Assembly (NCBI GenBank): GCA_934754475.1
Contig: CAKVHV010000001.1
Location: 251,670-315,669 of the forward strand
Origin: an uncultured Clostridia bacterium
GTDB lineage: Bacteria; Bacillota; Clostridia; Christensenellales; UBA1242
Length of the DNA stretch: 64,000 nt
Reading direction: 5' to 3'
The notes under the pieces were generated by a model, which saw only the letters and a program-made list of their open reading frames with translations, made no database searches and was not told the origin of the DNA. This document shows positions 56,953 to 64,000 of this stretch, piece after piece (the first letter of the stretch is position 1; every line of letters begins with the position of its first letter). Made by a program: the position numbers and the translations under genes.

Positions 56953-57802
56953 TTAAAACCAAGATTCATCATTATTACTTGTCTCTTTATTAATTGTAAT
57001 TAAGGATTTTTGTAAAATATCTTGTATGTGTTTAATGTCTTCTGGATATATGTATAAACATTTTATACCTAAATTTTTGTAAATCTCTTTTTTATGTTCT
57101 GATTTATTAGCATAATCTTCGTTATTTGTTAATCCAAAGTATTCAATATATATATTTTGATTTTTGACATAAAAATCAGCTGTATATTCTTCATCGTTGT
57201 ATATGATTTTTTTTTTCATATTCATGTAAGTAGTTGTTGTTATAAAGCCAATTGTCAATAATCATTTCTCCTTGACTTCTAACATAATGTCCATCATCTG
57301 CTCTAAATTCTGGTAAATATTTTTTTCTGTAATCAAGTTGATTATCTTCATTTGTTATTGATTTTAGTCTATTGTCTGCTTGGCAAAGAGTGAGTATATA
57401 TTTAGTTCCAAAGTTTGTTTCTAGGGTTATTCTATTTAAATCGTTATTTAAATTTAAATTGTTAGTGTCTAAAAATGGAATAAGGATATTTTTTAACTGT
57501 ACTTGGTTTTTGTTCAATATGTAATATTTGTTTAATAAATATGTTGTTTTGTTACTTTTTATTGATTCAACAAAATTTATTTTTTTTGAATAAAATAAAT
57601 CATAAAATTCTACAATTGAATATGTGTTTGTTAAATTATTTTTTATTGTGTTAATTGTAAAATATGTGGTTCTTCCTTTTTTTCGTATACTATCGATATA
57701 TGATAATTCATTATTTAAATATAAATATTGTCCTGTAATTGGCGATAAGAAATCATTTACATATTCTGCTTTGTCATAGTCTGAAACATACACTGAGTTC
57801 AT
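56953..57802 (-). pseudogene. PD-(D/E)XK-like nuclease-domain gene split by a frameshift in an A10 tract
   Basis: Track ORFs 57191..57802 and 56953..57258 overlap at the homopolymer (T10 on plus, 57207-57216). Joined, they read ...GHYVRSQGEMIIDNWLYNNNYLHEYEKK|IIYNDEEYTADFYVKNQNIYIEYFGL..., an E...D...E-x-F/K nuclease-core pattern. Confidence 0.6.
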
Positions 57803-57817
57803 TTAGATAGATTCTCC

Positions 57818-58135
57818 TTATTGCATTTCAACTAAAGTAGATAATCTACCTAGTTCTCGGTTTAGATTATCATTATTTAATTTTTTTAATAGTATTACTG
57901 CTGAATATTGTTTGTCAGTTAGATAACCAATGTCATTTTTTATTTGTCTACCAACTAAGTAATCTAGTGTTACATTATAGAAGTCTGCGAGTTTACACAA
58001 TGTTTCAATTGTTGGTTCTCTTTTTTCTTTCTCATAGTAATTGTAACAAGTAATTGATGTATTTATCAATTTTGAAATATCTTCTTGCGTATTTTTTTTT
58101 GCTAACCTTAATTCTTTTAATCTCATATTTTTCAC
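57818..58135 (-). CDS. XRE-family HTH repressor (cI-like)
   Basis: LKELRLAKKNTQEDISKLINTSITCYNYYEKEKREPTIETLCKLADFYNVTLDYLVG is a typical HTH_3 domain. Divergent from the rightward genes. Confidence 0.85.
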   Translation of the reverse strand: MKNMRLKELRLAKKNTQEDISKLINTSITCYNYYEKEKREPTIETLCKLADFYNVTLDYLVGRQIKNDIGYLTDKQYSAVILLKKLNNDNLNRELGRLSTLVEMQ

Positions 58136-58181
58136 CTTTCTTGTTTTTTACTATTGAAAGTATAACTATTTAATGTATTTT

Positions 58182-58258
58182 TAGCAATATTTTATAAAAA
58201 ATATGAAAATTTTTTATCAAATTGCTAAAAAACGCTTTGATATTTTATCAATTTGCTA
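58182..58258. promoter_or_regulatory. three operator-like repeats in the divergent promoter region
   Basis: TTATCAAATTGCTA (58214-58227) and TTATCAATTTGCTA (58245-58258) are direct repeats. TAGCAATATTTTATAA (58182-58197) is the inverted version. Confidence 0.55.
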
Positions 58259-58303
58259 TATTATATTAATAATAATAAACATTTTGATAAAAGGAACTTA
58301 GTC

Positions 58304-58450
58304 ATGCCAAAACAGCCAATATCTCAAAGACAAATATTTGAAGTAAATATAGATAGTGCTGAGATGAAACGAAGAAGAGAATCTGATGCTCAAGCGTTTG
58401 ATAATATCACAAATAAATTTTTGGAGAGATTCCATGCATCCAGTAATTAA
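58304..58450 (+). CDS. small early protein (48 aa)
   Basis: MPKQPISQRQIFEVNIDSAEMKRRRESDAQAFDNITNKFLERFHASSN. AAAAGGAAC RBS. First rightward gene after the operators (Cro/excisionase position, no motif recognised). Confidence 0.4.
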   Translation: MPKQPISQRQIFEVNIDSAEMKRRRESDAQAFDNITNKFLERFHASSN

Positions 58451-58562
58451 AACATTAGGTTGGATATTTGCCACCGTAGGTGGTTCTTATCTAATCGTAA
58501 CAATAATTAGATTAATAAAATCCAAGAGGAAGAGAATTCATGATGATAAACCTAAGAATTAA
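58434..58562 (+). CDS. 42-aa single-TM peptide
   Basis: MHPVIKTLGWIFATVGGSYLIVTIIRLIKSKRKRIHDDKPKN. GGAGAG RBS. Overlaps both neighbouring ORFs. Below the track cutoff. Confidence 0.35.
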   Translation: MHPVIKTLGWIFATVGGSYLIVTIIRLIKSKRKRIHDDKPKN

Positions 58563-58752
58563 CTTTGGAGATTGCAAAGTAACAAATAACAAAAGATTAC
58601 ATATAAATATGAATTTAAAGTCTCCAGCAAAATATGTTGTAGAAACTAATCTGTATAAATACTATTTTGACGATTACAAGGAATTTGTAAATAAGTTTAT
58701 TGCGCTTACAAAGCTAGGAATAGATTGCACATGCAAAACACTATTTAATTAA
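58540..58752 (+). CDS. hypothetical small protein (70 aa)
   Basis: ORF with an AAGAGGAAGAG RBS-like stretch upstream. No motif recognised. Confidence 0.4.
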   Translation: MMINLRINFGDCKVTNNKRLHINMNLKSPAKYVVETNLYKYYFDDYKEFVNKFIALTKLGIDCTCKTLFN

Positions 58753-58824
58753 AATTTTATCTTGGCATGGGTTAGATACAAAAACTTTTTTGTAATTTCA
58801 TATTATCCTTTGTTTTTACTTATA

Positions 58825-58864
58825 ACAAGTCAGATATTATTCCATGCCATAATATCTAACTTGT
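58825..58864 (+). other. 16-bp stem-loop whose loop is complementary to an upstream heptamer (possible pseudoknot)
   Basis: ACAAGTCAGATATTAT-TCCATGCC-ATAATATCTAACTTGT (15/16 paired). The loop CCATGCC is complementary to GGCATGG at 58764-58770. Confidence 0.45.
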
Positions 58865-58870
58865 TTACAT

Positions 58871-58916
58871 GCTGGCCTATTGTAGTTAAAAGTGAGTTCG
58901 AGTCTCATAGCCAGCC
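58871..58916 (+). ncRNA. tRNA-like minihelix (acceptor stem plus T arm only)
   Basis: GCTGGCC-N14-GTGAG-TTCGAGT-CTCAT-AGCCAGC-C: 6/7 acceptor pairs, canonical T loop, no D or anticodon arm. The acceptor and T loop resemble the nearby tRNA-Leu. Confidence 0.3.
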
Positions 58917-58960
58917 TTTCAAACTTTTTTCCATTTTGGAGTACTTATGTACTCCGTCTA

Positions 58961-59027
58961 TGCGGAACATGGTGATAATTTGTAAAAGTAAACAAATTAT
59001 GTAAGTTCAATTCTTGCTTCCGTTCCA
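58961..59027 (+). ncRNA. non-canonical tRNA-like element ending in CCA
   Basis: TGCGGAA...ATTTGT-AAAAGTAA-ACAAAT...GTAAG-TTCAATT-CTTGC-TTCCGTT-CCA. Has a T arm with TTCAATT loop, a 6-bp acceptor and an 8-nt middle loop. No D arm and no discriminator, so it is not a normal tRNA. Confidence 0.25.
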
Positions 59028-59051
59028 TTATTAAAATATAGGGGGTTAGAT

Positions 59052-59261
59052 ATGTTTAAAACTGGTGGAAATATATTTACTAGAGTAGTTGTTTCGATAT
59101 TTTCGATTTTAATTACTTTGGCATTGCTATTTGTTGTTGCTGTACTTATATATTGTGCTGTCAAAGGTATAACTTTTTCTGTTGGATTTAAAGAAGTACT
59201 CGGGTTTTTAATTCCTAATGCTGTAAATTCAACTAAATCAAAAATAAATGTATGGAGATAA
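59052..59261 (+). CDS. small membrane protein
   Basis: 69 aa, one long TM (VVVSIFSILITLALLFVVAVLIYCAV). GGGGG RBS. Confidence 0.5.
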   Translation: MFKTGGNIFTRVVVSIFSILITLALLFVVAVLIYCAVKGITFSVGFKEVLGFLIPNAVNSTKSKINVWR

Positions 59262-59265
59262 AATT

Positions 59266-61092
59266 ATGTCAAAAAAATTTATAGCAGGTCTTGCTTTGGG
59301 GCTAGGTATTCCAGCGGTTGCTGGTGGAATAGTATTGGGAGTACCAAGTATTCGAGAACGAATTATTCCTAAGGCAGATAACACTCAATATGTAAAACAA
59401 ATCGAAGAATTAGAAAAGACCAATTCTTCTTATAAATCTGAAAATGATAAACTTAAGCAAGAGAATAATACATTAAAACAAGATAATGTAACTTTTGCTG
59501 GTAGAATACAAAATCTAAACGCTGAACTTATAACAGCAAATAATACGATTAAATCTAAAGATGAATCAATTACATCTAAAGAAAAAGAAATTGCTACTTT
59601 AACATCAGATAAAGAAAAATTGCAAGCAGATTTAGATAAATATAAAGAACTTGCCGGTTCTGATGTAAATTACATTGAACTTGTAAATACATTGCAGACA
59701 CAATTGACTGAAAAAACATCTGCTCTAACAACTGCTACTGCAGAACTGGAGCAATTGCGTACAGACAAAGAAACTCTTACTGCAAGAGTAACTGAGCTTG
59801 AGACTGAGCGTGATCAACTCATTGAAGAGTTGGCTAATTATAGGTCAATGGATAACATAGACAAGCTTAAAGTAGAAAACTTTAATGGTCGTTGGTATGA
59901 AGAAGGAACTTTTAAGTCATATTACACAATTGAAAATGGCGTAGCTACTTTTAATGCCAATGAAGATAAAGGATTGCTTAATAATATCTATGGACAGATG
60001 TATATTATGATGAACACTTCTGGCGGAAAACCGGTCACTTTAAGTGATGACGGAACATATTTTACCACCGAAGATGGCACTAAATATTCAAAGTTTTATA
60101 CAAATACAATTCGTTCTGTAACACCAAACTATTCATTTGCTGGTACTTATTCAAAGGATACTACAACGATTAAAATCAATGCAGACAACACCACAAGTTT
60201 AACAGATTCAACTGGTACATATACTGGAGCGTATGTAGTTACAGCTAAAGAAAAGAATATTGGCGGAAATATAACTATTATTAATACAATAATTGCAACT
60301 TACCAAATAAACGATGAGTCGGTAGAAAAAGTATACACAGTAACATCAAGTGATAATAATTTGGTTGACTTAGATAATTGTTGTTTTAGTAAAATTTCTT
60401 TTGATTCAATAATTCCAAATTCCGATACTTTTACATTGCCTGATAAATATATTAAATTTGTATTCAAAAATTTAAACAAAAGTAAGCAATTTATCTTTTC
60501 TTTAGTTGGTTCGTCTTCTTCTTCTGTTTCTTCTTATGTTGTTAATGGTAAATCTGTTAGTTATAGTCGAAATAGCACTGCTTCTTTTTGGACAGCAAAT
60601 TTTTCGTTTGATAGTTCAACTTCTTTTATTGAATTTTATGTGTATGGTTTTCATTCTATTATAAATAGTTTAAATTTTAGTTATTTTAGTCCTTCTTTTG
60701 CTTTAGTTGATGTTGACTATGTTGGTTATACGGTTGATGACTTGACACCTATAGGGCTTATAAAGGAATTTTATTTTGCCAATCATGGCTATTCTCAATT
60801 TTCTACAGATTGTCAAACAGTTTCAGATTATATAGTTGGAACATACACAAACGAAGAAAATACTGTTACTTTAACATCAGAAACAGCAACAGTAAATAAT
60901 ATTACAGCCACTTCTTATGATGTTATAGCTAAAACTGACGGTGTAGATATATATCAAACCGTGACTATTAAGTATACTACAACAGTGGATGAAGTAGAAA
61001 CAACACATACACTTGTTTTGGAGTTAAAGAACAAAGTACTACTTAGTTCTTTACTAGATAATACAGAAATTGCTTTGACAAAAAGCAATTGA
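59266..61092 (+). CDS. N-terminally anchored coiled-coil surface protein with a large Ser/Thr/Asn-rich beta-type ectodomain
   Basis: TM FIAGLALGLGIPAVAGGIVLGV, about 170 aa of heptad-like sequence (KLKQENNTLKQDN...ELEQLRTDKETLTARVTELETERDQLIEEL), then about 400 aa with no recognised motif. GGAGA RBS before the ATG at 59266. Confidence 0.6.
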   Translation: MSKKFIAGLALGLGIPAVAGGIVLGVPSIRERIIPKADNTQYVKQIEELEKTNSSYKSENDKLKQENNTLKQDNVTFAGRIQNLNAELITANNTIKSKDESITSKEKEIATLTSDKEKLQADLDKYKELAGSDVNYIELVNTLQTQLTEKTSALTTATAELEQLRTDKETLTARVTELETERDQLIEELANYRSMDNIDKLKVENFNGRWYEEGTFKSYYTIENGVATFNANEDKGLLNNIYGQMYIMMNTSGGKPVTLSDDGTYFTTEDGTKYSKFYTNTIRSVTPNYSFAGTYSKDTTTIKINADNTTSLTDSTGTYTGAYVVTAKEKNIGGNITIINTIIATYQINDESVEKVYTVTSSDNNLVDLDNCCFSKISFDSIIPNSDTFTLPDKYIKFVFKNLNKSKQFIFSLVGSSSSSVSSYVVNGKSVSYSRNSTASFWTANFSFDSSTSFIEFYVYGFHSIINSLNFSYFSPSFALVDVDYVGYTVDDLTPIGLIKEFYFANHGYSQFSTDCQTVSDYIVGTYTNEENTVTLTSETATVNNITATSYDVIAKTDGVDIYQTVTIKYTTTVDEVETTHTLVLELKNKVLLSSLLDNTEIALTKSN

Positions 61093-61227
61093 TAAAAATC
61101 AAAACTAGAAGAGATTACTTGCAAAGTAATCGTTATAACTAAATATATGTGTAAGCCTGGCATAACATTGCTAGCACAAAATTAATACTTAAAGTTAATT
61201 AAAAAATAAACTTAAAAAGGAGTTTCT

Positions 61228-61413
61228 ATGAGTTATACAAGCATCAAACTTAGTGGCTGGATTAAGTTGCTAATTGCAATTCTGATTATTGCTTTGATAG
61301 TAGCAACACTAATAATTCTAGCTAATAAAATACCGCAAGTAAATACATTTTTTGTAAACATTTGGACATGGATAAAGGATTTATTTACTGGCAAATTATT
61401 TAAGAAAAAATAA
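61228..61413 (+). CDS. small membrane protein
   Basis: 61 aa, TM LIAILIIALIVATLIILA. AAAGGAG RBS. Confidence 0.5.
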   Translation: MSYTSIKLSGWIKLLIAILIIALIVATLIILANKIPQVNTFFVNIWTWIKDLFTGKLFKKK

Positions 61414-61425
61414 CGGTGGTGTTAT

Positions 61426-62637
61426 ATGGAAAATAAAAAAATTAGAACTATAAATATTATAGTTATTATTCTTACTGTTATTATGAGTTTTCCAATTGTT
61501 TATAATTTATTTTTACAGTTTTATACATTAAAAAAATTGCCAACATTAGTTACATCGACATATGTAACAACAGTTGAAAATTCCCATACTGGAGAAAAAC
61601 TAACAGCTATTGAAGCTAATTATTATCAGAACTACAATGGTAAAGGTAAAGAAATTGTTGAATTGTTATTTAATGTTTATTCAGGTATAGATAAACAAGC
61701 TATTTATTCTCGTGGCTTTCAATTAATAATTGGAAAAGATAAAAATCAATTGTTTTACTATGATAAATATGACGGTGTTTCATTTGAAACTGGACACGAA
61801 TACATTTGGGGTGATCCATTAATAGTAGATATTAATGGGACTACATATGCCGTACGAATGGACGGTAAATATAAGCAGAAACATGTTGAAGATAGAGTTG
61901 GTTCAATAATGACTAAAGGTATTTTTGGTTTGCCTGTTGTTCTTTTTGATATTGTTAAAAATGGATTTACAAAAACTTATTATACTGATGAAAATTATAC
62001 AATTGACCAATTGTTACTAAAAATAAAATCGATTATAAAATCGTCAAGCAATGGAACTGGAGATAGCGTTATTCCTCTTATCGATTTGGGAGATTTCTTG
62101 CATGTATATGAGATAAATGATGGAGTAATTAGTGATACAGCTGTTGGAGAAAATACACTACAAAATAGTTATTTTACAATGAAAACTCATTATGATAAGC
62201 GTGGTATAGTTTGGGCAAAACAATCCATGTTCAATTCAGTTGCTAATGACAGCAATTATAATGTTTCAGGACTTCTTGCTGATGTAGATTATTGGCAGGT
62301 TACAAGCACATTAACATTAACTCAGGATGATTTTGTTGCTCGAAATACTGACAAAGGCAATTATTATTCTTTGTCTGTGGCTAAACTTACTGAGCTTAAA
62401 AATTATGATAATTTGGAGATAAATATTGTATTCGATATAGACAAAATTAAGGATACAGTTTTAGGCTTAGACTATTATTCTTTAATAGGAATTAAAGCAA
62501 AATCCTTGTTTGTTAAAGGAACTAAAACTCAAAACTTTGAGTTGCTTGAGAATAGTCTAAAAGATACAAATATAAAAAATATTAGTTCTTCGAACTGCAT
62601 TACTATTTTAAATAATAATTCGGGGGTGGAACTATGA
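61426..62637 (+). CDS. N-terminally anchored membrane protein, unknown ectodomain
   Basis: 403 aa, TM INIIVIILTVIMSFPIV. No motif recognised. Confidence 0.55.
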   Translation: MENKKIRTINIIVIILTVIMSFPIVYNLFLQFYTLKKLPTLVTSTYVTTVENSHTGEKLTAIEANYYQNYNGKGKEIVELLFNVYSGIDKQAIYSRGFQLIIGKDKNQLFYYDKYDGVSFETGHEYIWGDPLIVDINGTTYAVRMDGKYKQKHVEDRVGSIMTKGIFGLPVVLFDIVKNGFTKTYYTDENYTIDQLLLKIKSIIKSSSNGTGDSVIPLIDLGDFLHVYEINDGVISDTAVGENTLQNSYFTMKTHYDKRGIVWAKQSMFNSVANDSNYNVSGLLADVDYWQVTSTLTLTQDDFVARNTDKGNYYSLSVAKLTELKNYDNLEINIVFDIDKIKDTVLGLDYYSLIGIKAKSLFVKGTKTQNFELLENSLKDTNIKNISSSNCITILNNNSGVEL

Positions 62638-63263
62638 TAAACAAATTATTAGATATATCTACAGTTTTTAAATCGATTGGTAAGATTATTGGTCTAGCGT
62701 TGGTTGGTGTTGTAGTAATAATTTTACTTGTGTTACTTTTAAGGTTTAAAGAAACTAGAAAGTTGACTCTTTATGCTTTGGCTGTAGTAATTATAACCTT
62801 TGGAATTATATCATGTGTAAATATCAAAAGCACTTTTGATACTAAGTCCAAAGAGATTGGAAATGCGTTTCATTTAGAGCAAAAATACGATTATAACATT
62901 ATTGCAGAATTTGATTTTGGAACTATCGAATTTGATTCTGATGACAATGTTAATTACAAGAATATTAAGTCAGAGAGTGCTCGCACTTTTAATGGCGTAG
63001 ACAAAGATTACATAATGTTGTTTAATGGTGAACCTGCAGACATAAACAATGTATCTGCAGGGAAAATGGATAGTACTTTTAAATTTACCTTTTACGATAC
63101 TGAAGAAAAAGTATTATCTATTGCTGAAGTTAGAATTGTTATAGAATTTTTAGCTAAAGAAACTAGGATAACAACAACTATGAAAAATACAAATAGTAGC
63201 GTTTCATATATGGATAGTTATATGGAAATCAACGGTTGTATTATTAAAATTATTGGGAGATAA
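62634..63263 (+). CDS. membrane protein (2 TM) with an unknown ectodomain
   Basis: 209 aa; ATGA overlap with the previous gene. Confidence 0.55.
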   Translation: MINKLLDISTVFKSIGKIIGLALVGVVVIILLVLLLRFKETRKLTLYALAVVIITFGIISCVNIKSTFDTKSKEIGNAFHLEQKYDYNIIAEFDFGTIEFDSDDNVNYKNIKSESARTFNGVDKDYIMLFNGEPADINNVSAGKMDSTFKFTFYDTEEKVLSIAEVRIVIEFLAKETRITTTMKNTNSSVSYMDSYMEINGCIIKIIGR

Positions 63264-63266
63264 ATT

Positions 63267-64000
63267 ATGTCAAAGAAAGCAAGAATTATTTTAGCTTCCG
63301 TTTCAATTGTTTTGGTACTGGTAATTGGTATTTTAATATATATATTTTTCCCTGCTATCAAAGGTAGTATAACTGGGAAAGGTTATTTGACTCCAGAGCA
63401 AGGTCAAGAAATGTATGATAAAGGTTACGCTGACGGTTCTAAAAATGAAACTGAACTAAAAACAAAGATAAATTATTATATGACTTTGGTAGATAATTTG
63501 CAAAAAGATAAAACTAAATTGCAAAGTTTAGTTGACGCAAATAATAATACCATTGCTCTTAATGATAAAAAAATTGCTGAGTTGGAGTCAAAACTTCAAT
63601 CTAGCAATTTGACAATAGAAGATTACAAATCTCAATTAGAATCTTCTGAGAAAAACAATCAAGAATTGCAAGCAAAATATGATTACGAAGTTTCTAACAA
63701 CGCAAATCTTAAGATTGAAGTTACACGCTTGCGTCAAGAAAAATTGGAACTTCAATTGAATTTAACTAATGCTCAAAATAGGATTGCTGAGCTTAATCAA
63801 ACAGTTTTAGGTTATGAAAACTTTATTCAAGGACTTATTGCTGAAAACCAAGTGGTAGCAAAGTTCTATTATGACAATAGTCTTTATTCTGTAATGGTTC
63901 TCCAAAAGGGAGACAAGGCAAATGTAGCAAATCCAACGGATACTACTTACAAGAAGTTCTTAGGTTGGATGATAAACAATCAGCTTGTAGATGTTCCTAA
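63267..64000 (+). CDS. N-terminally anchored coiled-coil protein (partial, continues beyond the window)
   Basis: Not in the track because no stop is reached. ATG at 63267 with a GGGAGA RBS. MSKKARIILASVSIVLVLVIGILIYIFF TM, then coiled coil (KLQSLVDANNNTIALNDKKIAELESKLQSS...RLRQEKLELQLNLTNAQNRIAELNQ). Same architecture as 59266..61092. Confidence 0.6.
   Translation, partial: MSKKARIILASVSIVLVLVIGILIYIFFPAIKGSITGKGYLTPEQGQEMYDKGYADGSKNETELKTKINYYMTLVDNLQKDKTKLQSLVDANNNTIALNDKKIAELESKLQSSNLTIEDYKSQLESSEKNNQELQAKYDYEVSNNANLKIEVTRLRQEKLELQLNLTNAQNRIAELNQTVLGYENFIQGLIAENQVVAKFYYDNSLYSVMVLQKGDKANVANPTDTTYKKFLGWMINNQLVDVP

Larger units (their letters stand above)
55634..64000. mobile_element. tRNA-Leu-adjacent integrative element (tyrosine integrase, XRE switch, membrane-protein cargo); right end not identified, possibly beyond the window or near 59.0 kb
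   Basis: The integrase gene ends 110 nt from the tRNA-Leu 3' end. Leftward int-nuclease-XRE module, divergent operator region, rightward small genes. No direct repeat of the tRNA-Leu 3' end was seen inside the window. Confidence 0.6.

Noticed and set aside
58088-58100. A9 tract near the 5' end of the XRE repressor gene as a second phase switch
   Set aside because: The gene is in frame (AKKNTQ). Runs of 8-9 A/T are common in this AT-rich, Lys-rich genome, so there is no evidence of slippage.
58762-59004. 80-aa TTG-initiated ORF in the structured non-coding region
   Set aside because: It has no RBS and an implausible composition, and it is entirely covered by strong RNA helices and tRNA-like motifs.

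Overview
Visibly AT-rich chromosomal segment of a low-GC Bacillota/Mollicutes-like bacterium. It uses the standard genetic code (TGA is a stop, e.g. hemW and rsmB). All calls rest on reading the sequence and the supplied ORF translations by eye; no searches were run.

Layout:
1. 1 to ~11.1 kb: right arm of a siphovirus-like prophage (gp10-like protein, tape measure, Dit/Tal-like proteins, tail fibre, Gly-rich fibre protein, small holin-like TM proteins, large serine recombinase). It is inserted into rarA, whose 3' fragment starts at ~11.1 kb.
2. 11.6-47.1 kb: conserved housekeeping genes.
   - gmk
   - lepA-hemW, then a CIRCE-controlled hrcA-grpE-dnaK-dnaJ operon
   - a small NAD-salvage cluster
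   - rsmE-mtaB-hit-rpsU
   - pcrA-ligA, rpoZ
   - priA-def-fmt-rsmB-rlmN-rsgA-rpe
   - a collagen/LRR lipoprotein whose promoter spacer carries a G9 tract
   - phd-doc, rpmB, asp23-yloV
3. 47.2-52.3 kb: the tRNA-Val/Gly and tRNA-Ser loci. Both carry the same odd architecture of partial tRNA duplications, and they bracket accessory-type genes (PAP2, permease, GNAT, APH-like kinase).
4. 53.9-55.2 kb: a Rho homologue that keeps its RNA-binding domains but lacks the ATPase motifs.
5. 55.4 kb to the window end: tRNA-Cys/Leu followed by a tyrosine-integrase element. It carries an XRE switch, a nuclease gene broken at an A10 tract, a ~300-nt structured non-coding segment with tRNA-like minihelices, and a run of membrane-anchored coiled-coil proteins with no recognisable capsid or packaging genes.

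Best candidates for something new:
- the ATPase-dead Rho
- the recurrent tRNA half/3'-end duplications with hairpin-rich inserts
- the tRNA-like non-coding module plus membrane-protein cargo of the tRNA-Leu element
- the G9 promoter-spacer switch
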